A stretch of 64,000 nucleotides of DNA, taken from assembly GCF_006345805.1 (NCBI RefSeq), contig NC_043002.1:37820001-37884000 (forward strand). The letters run 5' to 3'. Below the pieces are notes generated by a model. It saw only the letters and a program-made list of their open reading frames with translations. It was not told where the DNA came from and did no database searches. The position numbers were made by a program, and so were the translations under genes. The DNA is from Octopus sinensis (lineage: Eukaryota). Positions 13,571 through 28,811 of this stretch are shown here, piece after piece; position 1 is the stretch's first letter, and every line of letters starts with the position of its first letter.

Positions 13571-14183
13571 TAAAGGTGATAAATATTGAGCAAACTTAAT
13601 AGTCTTCTTTGTACATTTTTTTACAGAACATTGACGAGGTATTCGATAGTGTTATACAATTTCGCCAAAAGATCGCCCAATCTTATCTGTCAATTTAATG
13701 AAACTTATATATTTTAAAATGCCAATTATGAATTTTGTAATAATATTATATGTATATGAGTATGTGCGTACGTGTTGGTTCGGTTATATATATATATATA
13801 TATATATATATGGATGGAGACATGACCAAAAACTTCAAAAGTTATGTTCCCGATAATAATGTCCCAAAGCATTCTAATATTTCGTAGGGTGAATCCATGT
13901 TTTGTGAGTGAAATTGATTAGAATGTCAGTGTGAGAAATCCCGCCTTTTATAATACATAAGCCCAGCCTCTTCAAGGATAGTATTGTGAATATGAAGGAT
14001 CACCTTAACAGTACGAGTGTTTATGTTATACACAGACTTAACATTATAATTATTCTATATTGCTATGAGTAGATAATTTCATTAATGACAATAAAAACAA
14101 AAAACGTAGACAAAAAATTATTGTAAACTTATCGTTGGAACCGAAGGCAGACACGTTTATATATATATATATATATATATATA

Positions 14184-14311
14184 CGACGAGCTTCTTCCAG
14201 TTTTTCTCTTCCAAATCTTCTGTCAGCCCGAGGCTGTAGAAGAAGACACTTGCCCAAGGGACTGAACCCAGAACCATGTGGTTAGGAAGCAAAATTCTCA
14301 TCACACAGCCA
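14184..14311 (-). mobile_element. SINE family A, 5' part
   Basis: Reverse complement matches the head of 28901 (ggctgtgtg..accacatggttctgggttcagtccc..ttgggcaagtgtcttct). Confidence 0.8.
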
Positions 14312-14444
14312 TATATATATAGATAGATAAATAGATAGATAGACAGGGAGAGCGAAGGAGAAAGCAGACGATGAGAGAGAGAATGAGAGAGATAGAGGGA
14401 GGGAGGGAGAGCGAGTAAGTTACATATTTACATATACTTATGTA

Positions 14445-14693
14445 TTGGATTGGTGCATAATTATTGCGGCTTTTTTTGAACAAATTTTATTCAACAAAAA
14501 CAATGATATTTAACAAAAACATCTTTAAATGACGGTCTGACCGTCTGCCAAGCAAATGGGAAGCAGTAATTAAAGTAGATGTTAAATATGCTCCGGAATA
14601 ATCATTTAAAGATGTTTTTGTTATTATTGTTTTTATTGTTTTTGTTGAATAAGATTTGTTGAAAAATGCCGCAATAATTATGCACCAACCCAG
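14445..14693 (+). mobile_element. mariner-derived MITE / internally deleted mariner
   Basis: Long imperfect TIRs (TTGGATTGGTGCATAATTATTGCGG.. / ..CCGCAATAATTATGCACCAACCCAG) preceded by TA. The spacer encodes RLPSKWEAVIKVDVKYAPE*, like a mariner transposase C-terminus. Confidence 0.85.
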
Positions 14694-15291
14694 TGTGTGC
14701 ATACGTGTGTGCTTATATATATTTACATACATAACACTCCTTTTGGCGTTAGTAAATTTCTAGCTACTTATTTAGCAAAGGCATTGCGAACCAGTCACAA
14801 TCTACTTTATCGAAGTGATTCTTCTAGAAACCTTTCATAAAAATAAAGAGAAAAGACGTTAAATCAATAGATTGGAAAATAAGAAAAAAGAAAAGAAAAA
14901 AAAAAGAAACCCAACCTCCTCACGAAAAATAGCGATTTATATGATGAACAACGTTGAGTAAATGATAAACCATTGATGAGCCGAGAGTGCACCCTGGTCA
15001 CCATTACCAATAGTGGTTATTTAATTTCTTTATTGACGTTACTATTGTTCTTTGTCCTTCTTCAAACTTTGTTAGATTCATGACAATACAAATGCTGAAA
15101 TGACAATATGCTGTAATATATCCTTCTCAGTGTCATAAACTCATGGTATAAATACGTAGTTAAATATACACGATATCAGAGCTATGCATCTTTTCAAATA
15201 AATAAGCTTTACAACTGTTTAGGAAAGAGAGAGAAAAAAATAACACGCGATGGAGGAATAAAAGACTTCAATGGAACAGGGAAAGAGAAAT

Positions 15292-15323
<32 letters not shown>

Positions 15324-16100
15324 GAGAGAGAGAGAGAAAATGACACAAAGAGAAAGAGGAAGGAGAGAAGAAATTTAAGAGAAACGGTTTGAATGAATGA
15401 ATTAGTGAGATGGATAGCAAGAAACCTTAGGGTACAATGATACATTAGCTGTTTTAAAGTAAAATTTGTCGATGTCTAATAGGAAAGATGGCGCGTACAG
15501 TTACTTCCTAGTTGATGGATTTTATAAAGGGTCAGGGTTAGGAACCAATTTCTTTCATGTACTGTAACAAAGGATTGCCGCCCTGTCTATAAGAGTAGTC
15601 GGGGGTAATTTCAGATGTACAAAATATTCTATAAAGAAAGATACCAGTTGTGTCAGCTTTTCTAAAGGCAAATTGATTATGTGATATGACAGACAATGGC
15701 GTATAAAGCATGAAAACGTTTGCCCGCCTAATATAATTTTCAATGAATCCCATTCTTTTGTTATGTACCTTCTGATCTCTCTTTCACTCACCCAGGGGTC
15801 GTGCAGAAGAGAACCATCAACTCAACAGAGAATTAGCTAAAATTACGAACGTTTTATTGTTATTATCGATCTATTGGCAGCAATCGATTCTCGACAAGAC
15901 TTTTTCAGTAAGCTTTACTTAAATTTCACTGCATATTTTTTTCTATATATAGAAAGAGTTAATAACTTTTGTAGCGGTGGGTATTTGTGACACTGATAGT
16001 AGCAATTAAGTTATTAATTAAACACAAAAATGCATACAGATATATATATACACACATATACACATGTATGCATACACACACACACACACACACACACACA

Positions 16101-16145
<45 letters not shown>

Positions 16146-16464
16146 TGTTATATTTCGGAATGGTCATATTGCCAGTTTAGCCAAATATTTAAACGTATAT
16201 ATATATATATCAAATAAACGTGCATTTATGCATATATGTGTGTATGTGTGTCTGTATACATAGACTTCTTGTGAAATTCACGCACATTTTAGTGCACATT
16301 TTAACTTTCTAAAATTGGTGCTTATAATATGTAATACTGATTTACGCGCGCACACACCCACACGCGCACACCCACACACGCGCACACACCCACACGCACA
16401 AACACCCACACGTGCACACACCTACACGCGACCACAACTACACGCGCACACACCCACACACACG

Positions 16465-16522
<58 letters not shown>

Positions 16523-17729
16523 TGAATGTATGTATATCTGTATACATGTTTTTAGCTTATGTTATTGAGGAAGGATGAAAAGAAATCACTTTGAAGTCTG
16601 AATGAAAATGTATTGTATATCTTCCTCTTTAATATTTTGCTCTCAACTAATTTGACTTCTTAACTGAATAATTACTGGAATAAATGTAAATATAGTTTTA
16701 AAAGATGCGTAAAATATTTTCTGAACAAAATAAGTTAATATACCAGCAATAGAGTTGGAAGAGTCATGTAACAAAGCTTCTGCTGAGTTTCGAGCATCTC
16801 AGTCGAGAAATATGGCTCAACATCTTCAAATTTATAACATTCAACAAAACTTTAAAATCGTCGGTCAAACTATTTGGTAGAGAATCCATAAAACATAGCT
16901 TCAAGTTTACAGCAAATTGGTGTATGGCATATTGCCATCAGAGACAAAGGACTGCTATGAGAAATTAACAATACTGCCATAAATGACATTAGCTCTAACG
17001 TGAAACTATTTCGCACAATCAAATCGGATGGCATGCAACCAATTTGTAGTTTTACGAATCTTCTGCCGAATAATTTTGCTGAAAGTTCTAGAAGTTTTGC
17101 TGTATGTTATAAAAACGAGAATTTTGAACTCCCGAATAGAAAACCTCGTGTGCTATATAGACCTCGGTCAGTCAATTTTGGGAATATATATATAAATAAT
17201 TGAAATAGTTTATGCGATGAGGAATTTTAACTATTGCTTTCACTATCTCCTTTATACTTTTTTTATTTAAATAATAGTTGGATGTATGAAAATGTAACTG
17301 ATCCGGGTAATAAAGAATATGGAAACGCATTTTATTGCTAGCATGGCCATTTTAACCTTCATACGCAGCCTACCAAATATTCTGTGCTACCAACGACTAA
17401 AATATTGACCAACATCCGGCGATTACTGATATAATTTCTCAGAACCAATTCCACCCTAATATAATTCTATAACCGACATCTCTTCATAAATGCGTATATA
17501 GCCACCGTGTACAACGATATTTGACAGCTATTTCTAGCCACTTTTAGCGCTTTCAACAGCCACTTTATTTCGTACAGCGATAGACAATATTTTTTTACGT
17601 ATCTGTCTAATCGGCATGTCTAATTAATTCCAAGCGGTCTTTTTATTGCTATCATAGTGTAAATAATTGAAAACATTTACTTCCTTTGTCTCTCTCCACC
17701 TAATTAAACATCTGTTCCTATGTTACAAG

Positions 17730-19500
17730 TAGCTATTTTCAACGCCTCTCTGCGGACTGGAGACGTGGTTTACTCGTTTGAAGCCTTCTTTGGTGCTAAC
17801 AATAATCATTCAGAATCTCATCATCTCGATTTAATAAGTGCCCATCCTCTAGCTTTAAGTATTGACGTAAAGGATTTAATTACAACATCCTCAGCTACCA
17901 TTTTGTATCGGGAAATTAAACTAGAGATATTAAATCGCGCGTCTAGTTCCCGGCAAAAGGGTTTAGAACAACTTTTACACGATGAAGCTCTTTAGGACAT
18001 ACATATTCACAACTAAGAGTATGAAGGAATTGCTAGAAATTCCTTCCTTCATTGATATTATTCGACCTTCTAGTATTAGTGTTTCTCCTCTTCATGAGTT
18101 GTCGAAAAACGATGAAAGTTATTGACGTTCCAATGGGAGACTACAAGATGTTAAGTTTCCGAACTGTGTGAGAAAAATCTCATTCTTTTCATTTATTATT
18201 TATCATCTTCTCTTTGTGGTGCTAAGATATTTTCGAAAAAAATTTAGTTCCTAGATATTACCAGATTTTGATAGAAGCCAGTGATATTCATTCAGCTGCT
18301 TTTAGAGTATATGAATTAATTACAATACCATTTTAGACCCAGAAATTCTGTGAATTTCTTCATGAAGATTTATTCATGAAGTTCCTCACAGTTTGAATAT
18401 CGTTTTTGCGTACATTGATGATTTAATGATTGCTAGTATGTCAGAATCGGAGCATGAGCCCCATCTAAATCATCTTTTTACAAGATTAGTACATTACGGA
18501 GCAGTGATTTACACCAGTAAATGTTTTCTTCATCTTCTTTTTTTTTTTTTTGCTGCTTCAACTTTCATAGCAAAGAAGGAAAAGGTAGATACAATTGTGC
18601 AATTTTCAATTTTTACTTCATTACGAAAATTACGTGAATTTTTTTTGTCGAGTGAATTTCTACATACGTTTTATACAACGTTCTGCTGAAAAAAGTTTTG
18701 CTCTTTGCCAGTATTCTTACGAAATCGGAAAAGGATGAATAATAAAATTCTTTTAACTTCAGAAAAATTACTGTCGTTTAAGGAAACTATCGAGAAATTA
18801 TTCAAGATCTCCTTATTAACTCACCAGATACCAGCTACAAAGGTTTCTCTGTGAGTGAATGCCTCTGACGAGGAATTGGTGATGTACAGGAATTTATGTA
18901 GGATTCTTGGCAACGATTATTCTTTTTCTCGAAGAATTTGAAACTGGCTGCATTTAGATATAGTACGTTCGGTCGGAAATTATTAGTAGCATATTAAAAT
19001 GTCAAGCATTTTCATAATTTTCTGGAAGGAAGAAACTTTGCCATATGCCGTGTCCACAAACCATTAACTTATACTTCTTCATTGTAAGTTAGATAAACAT
19101 TCTGGAAGGGAAACTAGGTAACTTAACTTTGTATCACAATTTATTGCTGACATTCGTCATACCAATCTCTCTAATAATGGTGCAGTTGGTATTCTATCCC
19201 AAGTGCATGTGAATTCTGTGCTCTCCAGTTATACTATTGACTGAAAAAAAAATTACGGTGGACCAGGAATCAGATAAAAAATTACAACAACTAAAGAACT
19301 CTGTGCCGTTTTCTTTAGAATTTCGTCTTGTTCCTGTTTCTACTAGCACAGTTGGTATATTTCCACTCTTTGTGAAATACCTGTGCGTGCAAAATATAGA
19401 CGTTAAGGTTTTCCGCTCTTCTTAGTTGATCTCACCCGAAATTTGCAGCATCGAAGAATCCACTGAAAGTCACTAAAGTCACATCTAAGTCACTGTTGAT
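17730..19500 (+). mobile_element. degenerate Ty3/gypsy LTR retrotransposon internal region (gag, RT, RNase H remnants)
   Basis: gag-like ..TWFT../FEAFF..VKDLI..RQKGLEQLLHDE; RT IVFAYIDDLMIAS..EHEPHL; RNase H-like FFSKNLK..RYSTFGRKLL..HFHNFLEGRNF. Order gag-RT-RH. Many stops and deletions; no flanking LTRs recognised. Confidence 0.85.
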
Positions 19501-22500
19501 CGTTGATATTCGAAATAAATAATAAAAAGCAGACACCTTGCTCAACTTAATATTTTCACATTTTTGTTCAGGTAATTGTTTATAGAACTTTATCATTTGG
19601 CTGGCTACCGCTGTGTTGCATGCTATATTAAGTAGCTCTGAACGGTGTTGATGGTCAACAGCAATAACGATGGTAATAATAACTAAAACAACATCACATC
19701 AACAATTTGGTAATAAGTGAAATTACCATCAGTTCGACGGTATGGTTTCTGACATATTCATTTGGTTGTGGAAAGTGTTATAACATGCAAAGCCTTAATG
19801 TAATCGTTCGATCAGCTAGAAATAGCAACCAAATATGCTTTAAAATCATAACCCACCATCTTAGAAAAGATTGAAACATATTGGACAATGTAGTCCAAGA
19901 TAAACGTATACCTTTACAAAAACACGGGATAGTAGTGTCGGCAACACTTCAATAAGATTAGACCTAAGGCTAAATTACAGCAGCAAAGCCTCATACTAGT
20001 CACATTTCTGCAACATTCTTTTGACATTTGTTAGGCTACGTAGATAAGAAATTATTCTCTCTGCTTTTATGTTGAAAAGCTGTGGTCAGATTGTCAGAAA
20101 ATGCAATTTGCTACTCGATTTCCATTTTCATTTATATATATATATATTAATATATTACAAACTCTACAGGTGGTATTTAAATGAAAAATTGAAATAGCTA
20201 TACTATCATTACTGAAATTATGTTTGTTCATTATATAAAAATAACTCTGAAACGTTTCAAAGCAATAGTTAAAGTGAGTTTAGATCCATTTACAAACATT
20301 TAATGTTACTTCCAACATTTTCGAAACAGGTTGCCCAAGAGGTACGCCATCAAACACATTTCCAAACAAGCAAAATTTTGTTCTTAGATTGATTTTTTCC
20401 CCCTTAGTATTCTATCTATTAATAGCATCATTCTTCAATCTATGAGATAGTTTTCTATAACAATTTGTTCTATTGGTTAGGAAGTTATTTCATGTTAATT
20501 TGATATAATATCCCGCCCCGATCAATATTCACGAAGCATGCTATCGATCCGTAGCTATCAAGGTTTTATCCCTTCTCAAGTTCTGTCGGCAATTTTGTAA
20601 ACGGCTCCCTAGCTGCCAGCAATTGAGCAGTTACAGCATGAAATAAAAGGCGGTTCACAACTATTGAAATTTGCGACCTGATGTCAAATTGCTATCTAGT
20701 GATTGTGAGTCATTGTCACTGCTATGAGGCATTTTAGTTATTTTCATTTTCGTAGAACACCATGAAGTAGAATAAATATGGAACGTTTAATAGAAGCAGC
20801 TGCATGAATTTCAGGGGAAAAAATAAATATCCTGATTTAAACCTCTGTTAGTGTATATAGTCCTATATGAGGTACTGTACAGTTTGTAAAATAACGAAGC
20901 TTTCGTATTGATTACTTAATGTATTCTCTCTTGATACGTCTATTTTTAGCCTTTGTATCATTTCACAGCTCGGTGAGTAGTGAGTCAGTTAAAATTTATC
21001 TTAGTCTTAAACAAAGTGCAGTGAGAGTCAACATTGACCTTTCAATTAACAGTTCAAATGCATAAACATGGTCCACTTAGCTACACAAGTTGACCGTAAT
21101 TATATCTACTTTTAATGATTGTAAATAGTGTACACGCTGCAAACAGTACCTAAAGTTAAACGGCATTGATAATATTACCATAAAGAAAATTCGTTGCAAT
21201 GTTAAGGATTAGTTGCCTTATAAAGAAGTCTTCTTCTGATTTCACAATGAATCTATTACTACGGAAAGGTAACACGCACAAATACATTCCTCATCAGCCA
21301 CTATGGAAAAAGTCAGTATTTTGATCATTAGCTGTCATAGTTTAATTTACGACAGGAATTCTCTTGCAATATACAAATAAATGTCTTAAAGCCTGGATAA
21401 AATGGAGACACATCTACAAATGCTCCCTTGTAAAGATTAAGAAAGTATTAAACAGGAATATTTAAAAATATTTACTTAAAGATATGTATTAACTCTTAGC
21501 AACAGCCAAATCTAGATTTAAATAGAGGAAAATATTACATACCAATAACTTGTAGGGACGTGGTATTTCGTTTTGCGATCATAATATACAATGAAGTATA
21601 TTAAACGTTTTTATAAGTCAATGTTGTGTTCTACTGTGCTAGCAGTGCGCTTCATATCATTTGTTCAGGCTGTCTCTACAACGAGATCAAAAATGAAAAA
21701 AGGGTAACGGCTATATATGCCATAGTTCGGGAATTTAGTGAGTTATTTATACATTTTTTTTTAGAAACTCCCGGAATATGGTATGAACGCTTTGATATCA
21801 TTGTTTATTTACATCAGACGTCTCGGATACGACACGTTGCAAGAAAAATCAGTGCTGGATATAATTTCTAAAGCATATCTGTAGAGACAACGTTAGCTAA
21901 TGTTACAAACGAGGGCAATATACGCGTCTAGTAAAATTTTGACCACCTCAAATTATGATTGGGAATTTTGTAACAGAACCAAGTTGGAGGTTCTCCGTTC
22001 TCATCTAACAGAAATAGGTCACGTCTATTTTTAGTAGTTCTGACATTACTTCTGGGGTCACTTACTATAAATGAAAATACAACCATAGAGCCCCTATTTT
22101 AACAGCTAACTTGTGATAGGCAATGGTTTATCTACGTGCGTAACCAGCGTGTTTGTCTCTCCAAAGGATTTCAAACTGAACACCCATAACATCACAAAGG
22201 AGCTGCGTATCGATCAACCATAAGACTCGCAAAACGTCAAGCTATTGAAACTGCCACCGATGTCCTTCAACCGTAGTTCAGAAATATTTTATAACTGTGG
22301 TCGTCATCAATATGCAAACACCTAAAATTCCCGGGCCGATGTACAAAACTCCGTGGCTATCAACATGGACGAGTTAAGCGATACAACTTCCCTTTTCGGC
22401 TATATTATCCTTATCATCATAGTCGTTCCTGGCTTTCAACGTTTTCCATCACTTGACTCGACTTCACTTATATAGTTCACCCTCTCTATTGTTTTGCAAA

Positions 22501-22595
22501 CATACCACTAACCACCATCATATAACCGAAATTGTATGTTGGATCCCAGATATAAATTAGGAACTCAGTTTTTCAGTGGAATGATTAACTGTGAC

Positions 22596-23526
<931 letters not shown>

Positions 23527-23602
<76 letters not shown>

Positions 23603-23670
23603 CATCTGTCTATCTGCCCGCCTGTCTGTCTATCTGCCCGCCTGTCTGTCTATCTGCCCGCCTGTCTGTC
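23527..23670. repeat. (TATC)n array followed by three copies of the 20-mer TATCTGCCCGCCTGTCTGTC
   Basis: Directly visible; the 20-mer repeats span 23611-23670. Confidence 0.95.
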
Positions 23671-23946
23671 TATCTGTTTTTCTATCTATATTTATCTACC
23701 TGTCTAATTATCTTTCAATCTATCTATTTATCTGTCATCACAACCCACCCAACCCATTTCCTCACACGCACATACACACACAAAGAAATACGAAGAATAA
23801 TCACTAATTTGCACATGTCAGTTATTCCGTGCCCCTTTGATGGAAGACACGCAACATCTAAAAATTCTTTAATAAACTCATTTAACATTTTCCAGCACAC
23901 AAGTGACTGCAGTTAATCAATCGAATCAGTAATGAGAATACAACAC

Positions 23947-24007
<61 letters not shown>

Positions 24008-24120
24008 ATATATGTATGTATGTATATGGGATCCTTGATACACTATATGATTCTCCTCAATTCTCTCTGTTGTTAGAATGGGATTATTCGAATATTTTCG
24101 TACATGGATATATATATATA

Positions 24121-24830
24121 TTTTTTTCTTGTTTCAGCTCAGAACTGCGGCCATGCTGATGCACCGCCGTTTTGTGCTACACTGTTATTACGAAGAACCT
24201 CCTCTAATATATGGAGTTTGATGTAGCTACTCTCATTTGCACCTCTTGCCGTGAGGTAGGTTCATCTGGGACTCTCGACAGGAAGATGTCCAATTTTGAT
24301 TTAAAAACCGCTACATCTACTTTGTGCAAATTCCTCAGACTCTTTGGGAGAATATTAAAAAGCTGTGGGCCCTTGAAACCCAGGCTGTTGCAGTAACTGG
24401 TCCTGAAGCGTGATGGCATTGCTGGGATCTTTGGTACTATGCAGTGTCGTCCCATTCTAGCATTGGTGTAGCTTACAATGCCAAAATTTGGCACAATTCC
24501 TTCCAGGATCTTCCAGACATATATTACTGCATACCTCTCCCGTCTTCTCTCCAGAGAGTAGAGTGTTAACTGTTTCAACCTTTCCCAGTAGCTGAGCCGT
24601 TGCAAAGAGACGATATTCTTTGTGAATCTTCTCTGGATTGCTTCAAGATCCGCTGTTAATTTCACACTGGGGGGGGGGTGACCATAGCTGTGAGCAGTAA
24701 TCCAGGCGGCTGAGGACGAATGTCCGCCAGAGGACCATCATGATTTCCTTATCTCTGGTTCTGAATGTTCTTAGGATCCATCCAGCCAGTCGTCTGCACT
24801 TTGTCGCCATCCTAGTAATGTGCATTCTTT
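24121..24830 (-). mobile_element. 5'-truncated CR1-like LINE (ORF2 C-terminus + 3' UTR)
   Basis: LSRLDYCSQLWSP, LEAIQRRFTK..LSYWERLKQLTLYSLERRRERY, GPQLFNILP..FKSKLDIFL are typical of the CR1/L2-group post-RT region. One frameshift at the G8 run near 24670. Confidence 0.9.
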
Positions 24831-25249
24831 TAGGCTTTAATTTATGTTTTTTAAAGAGGTTGAGAGGATACCTCGTTGTTAGGATTAAAGAGATTAGAGA
24901 AGAATTCTTAAAAGTTTATTTTATTCCATCCTGCCACATTTTGTATTCCTATATTATCAGGATACAAGAAAAAATCTAGAATGTATTTTCATTTCTTACC
25001 AGTACTCATAATGTAAAATATAAATGAAAAAAGAAAGCAATTTCATAAAAATTTATCCATATTTGAATTTCACACATTATAAAACAATTTAAGGTTGTAC
25101 CGAAGAATAAATAGAAAATTAATTCACATTGCTTCCAGGTAAATAAGATTCTTAACATAATGGTTTTCTACCACACTGATAGTTTTACACATTAATATGT
25201 ATTTTTGCCCAAGGAAATACCATTGGAGCTAAAAGTGAGTGGTAGTAGT

Positions 25250-25416
25250 TTAAGTCATTTGACTGCGGCCATACTGGGATAACCCCTTGAATGTTTTTAG
25301 TCGAGCAAATAGATTTCAGTATTTTGCTTTTGAAGTCCGGTACTTTTTCTTAGCACAACCGCTAAGTTACGAGGAGGTAAACAAACCAACACCGGTTGAC
25401 AAGTAGTAAAAAGAAG

Positions 25417-25488
<72 letters not shown>

Positions 25489-25635
25489 AAGCTATCTTAC
25501 ACACCTAATTTTTGCCTACCAAATTCGCTGATCAGCCCAAAGCTACAGAGAAGACACCTACGTAAATTGTCATGCAGTGGGACTGAACACAAAACCTCAT
25601 GGTTGCCGAGAAAATTTCTTAATTACCCTGCCATG
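25250..25635 (-). mobile_element. SINE family A, degenerate, full length
   Basis: Reverse-complement similarity to 28901-29302 on both sides of an expanded CA/TA tract. Confidence 0.75.
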
Positions 25636-26532
25636 ACTATAATATGAACATTTAGAAAATAAATTTTCTTTTACATTGTGAAAACATCTTATTTTTAATT
25701 AACATTCCCTGATTTAAACTATTTATGAGTTGAGGAGAGAGCCTGTATGTGGTCACTTGGTCAGCTAGAAACAACACTTGAATCCCTCATATAATACACT
25801 AGTGTTTTAAAAATACAGAAGCGCAATGAATACTGCAGCTCCATAGCCTCAAAAGCTAGAATTATCACGCTGGAATGCTTTTCCTCAAATATTTGGCCTA
25901 TTCAGTTTGACTTGAGATCGAACAAAAACCAATACCCATGCAGTTAATATCTGTACAAGAACTGCTAATAAATAATTTTAATAGGATATTGAAGGGACTG
26001 GTATTTCTAGAACGGAATTAATTTAAACGTCACTGGTATCTCATTATTTTAAAAAGTATTTTTTGCTAGTGACAAGTGAGAGTAAGGTCCATAATTTATT
26101 AAATTTGGAAAAATCCCATGTCGGGTACAGTAGCAGAACAAGATATTTAATATTAGTAAATTTATTTGTCGTTGCAACCAACTATTAGTTCGCTCTAGCC
26201 ATGCATGTAAATGTATTCTTTGACACGTCTTGAAGAATTGTGGATTTGTTAATGCTTTGCGAACAAACTTAGTCCCTAAATTCATTCACGAAGAGCCAAC
26301 CGAATTCAGGTTGTATGCAACCATTCATGGCGTTTTGGATGGAATGTGATGTGTCATGATTATATAAACATAAATTTAATATTTTTGTAACATAATCATT
26401 AGATCCCTCTTTGTTGTATTGAAGAGATTTTTCCGAGGATTACTTCGTATATTTTCCATTTTTGCTTTGCAAATTAAGTTCGTTGTTACTACTCAGTACT
26501 AGGACAAGGTATCTATTGTCATAGTGAAATAA

Positions 26533-26632
26533 AGGGACGGCGAGTTCGCAGAACCATTAGCGCACTGGATAAAACTATTATCGGCAATAATTCCGGCTTT
26601 ATGTTCTATAAAATAAGTACCAGTTGATCACC
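26533..26632 (+). mobile_element. degenerate, internally deleted SINE family B copy
   Basis: ggacggcgagttcgcagaaccattagcgcactgg..aaataagtaccagttg matches the family B head and middle. Confidence 0.6.
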
Positions 26633-26658
26633 TTAAAATATCAGGCCTTGCGCATATT

Positions 26659-26884
26659 CTTTTCTACTCTAGGCAAAAGGCCCGAATTGTTATTTCATTT
26701 TTTTTTGGTGGGGGAGTGCCAGTCGATTAGATCGACCCCAGTACGCAATTGGTACTTAATTTATCGACCCCGAATGGATGAAAGGCAAAGTCATCCTCGG
26801 CGAAATTTGAACTCAGAATGTAAAGAAAGACGAAATACCGCTATGCATTTCGCCCGGCGTGCTAACATTTCTGCAAAATCACGG
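26659..26884 (-). mobile_element. SINE family B copy with perfect 18-bp TSD
   Basis: TSD tcaggccttgcgcatatt at 26641-26658 and 26885-26902; body matches 13350-13570. Confidence 0.92.
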
Positions 26885-27174
26885 TCAGGCCTTGCGCATA
26901 TTGTAGAAGGAATGATCACAAGGAGTCACATACATATCACATGCCTCAATTATTGAAACTAATAACAGCTGAAGAATTTAATTAATTTTCCCGTAAAAAA
27001 ATTCATTCAATTCTCAACAGTTGAAAATATGAAGACCACCTGCCAATTTCTAGCTAATTTAGAATATTCCCTCCCTATTTTCGATGTAACGGTCTTGCTG
27101 TTAAAAGTGTTCGTCCTTTAACGAACTACACCTACATAGTACAGAATACACCATGAAAAAAGGAAAGCGTTCAA

Positions 27175-27602
27175 TTTAATAGAGACGGATCTAATGATTA
27201 TGTTACAAGGTATTAAAATTACGTTCATAAAACACATGCCGTAAAAGCGCCATAGTTTCATTCATGCAATGTGAACTCAGTAGGTTCTCCGTGAATAAAT
27301 TTAGGGACTAAACTACTGCACAGAACAGTAACAAATTCACAATTCGTCAAGACGTGTCAAAGAATACATTTACATGCATGGATTTAATAGAGACGGATCT
27401 AATGATTACATTACAAGGTATTAAAATTACGTTCATAAAATCATGACAAAACAGATGCCGTAAAAAACGCCATAGTTGCATTGATGCAACGTGAACTCAG
27501 TAGGCTCTCCGTGAATAAATTTAGGGACTAAACTAGTGCACAGAACAGTAACAAATTCACAATTCGTCAAGACGTGTCAAAGAATACATTTACATGCATG
27601 GA
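27175..27602. repeat. tandem duplication of a ~208-220 bp unit, with an inverted third copy at 26146-26410
   Basis: Unit starts tttaatagagacggatctaatgatta at 27175 and 27383, and both units end aatacatttacatgcatgga. The reverse complement is recognisable at 26146-26410. Confidence 0.9.
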
Positions 27603-28210
27603 TAGAGCGAAGTGATACTTGGTTGCAACGGCAAATAAAATTACTAATATTAAAAATTTAAACCAATTACCGCACACAAAGACACATTATCCGACACACA
27701 CAGAAACAGCAGCAACGATATGAAGCAGTCATATTACTGATATGGTTTTCTATTAGCCTACACGTTAATAGAAAAATAAATCTCAACTGAAAACTGTCCA
27801 ATAAATTTTGCCTGTGACAGTTCATTTTCAATATGGTGGTAGCTATAAATCATTGGATATTATTAAAATATATATAAAAAAAACTTAATAATACAAAACT
27901 AAAAAAACGGAGGAATTGATTTTAATATCAATGGAAATAATGCCGCATGTCTTTTATCGGTGAAGTCAGTAGAATTTATCTGCTGATTTCAATCAAGAAC
28001 TTAGAGAAAGATCTCCAAGTTCTATTGCATTTGAATATTTACAGTCAGCATATTTGTGCTGCGCGTGTGTAGATAGGCGCCGAGGGGTTTTATGTGAGTT
28101 CTGAATAAATGTCTTTTCACATGTATATGTATGTATAGATTCTTTTCTGTGTGTATATATCAACATGCACTTCTCTCTCTTTCTCTGTGTCTGTATATAT
28201 ATATTATATA

Positions 28211-28239
<29 letters not shown>

Positions 28240-28308
<69 letters not shown>
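28240..28308. repeat. (GATA)n array
   Basis: Directly visible. Confidence 0.95.
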
Positions 28309-28309
<1 letters not shown>

Positions 28310-28780
28310 CACACACATGTGAACGATATACGCATGTGTTATATATATATGTAAATATATATTTATAAGTGTCTTTAGTATTTATGTGCCTATGTGTCTA
28401 TTTCTGTGTGTGTACGAGTACATATAATATGTAAGATGTGTGAATATTGCTGTCTTTATTTGATATCTAATAGTTTCTACACACATTTCCATGTGCATCC
28501 GTTTATACATGTAAGTATATATTCTGTACCACCACATTCCTGCGTCACGTGATACATGTATATCTGTACGTTAATCATAGAGTTACTGTTGTATGTATAA
28601 GTATGTGTACGTTTATACCTGCATGTGTTTTGTTCCATATATTCACTTGCCTAAATGTATGTAAGCATCAATGTATACGAATAAATACTTGTATTCAAAT
28701 GAATGTGAATATGCAAGCGCTCTGAACATGCTATTTGTGTATTATATATAATATATATATATATATATATAATATAATAT

Positions 28781-28811
<31 letters not shown>

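Noticed and set aside
23611-27602. Short direct repeats considered as CRISPR-like arrays (20-mer x3; 208-bp x2; also the ~37-bp pair at 42-112)
   Set aside because: No unique spacers, no cas genes and a eukaryotic context; these are ordinary tandem duplications.
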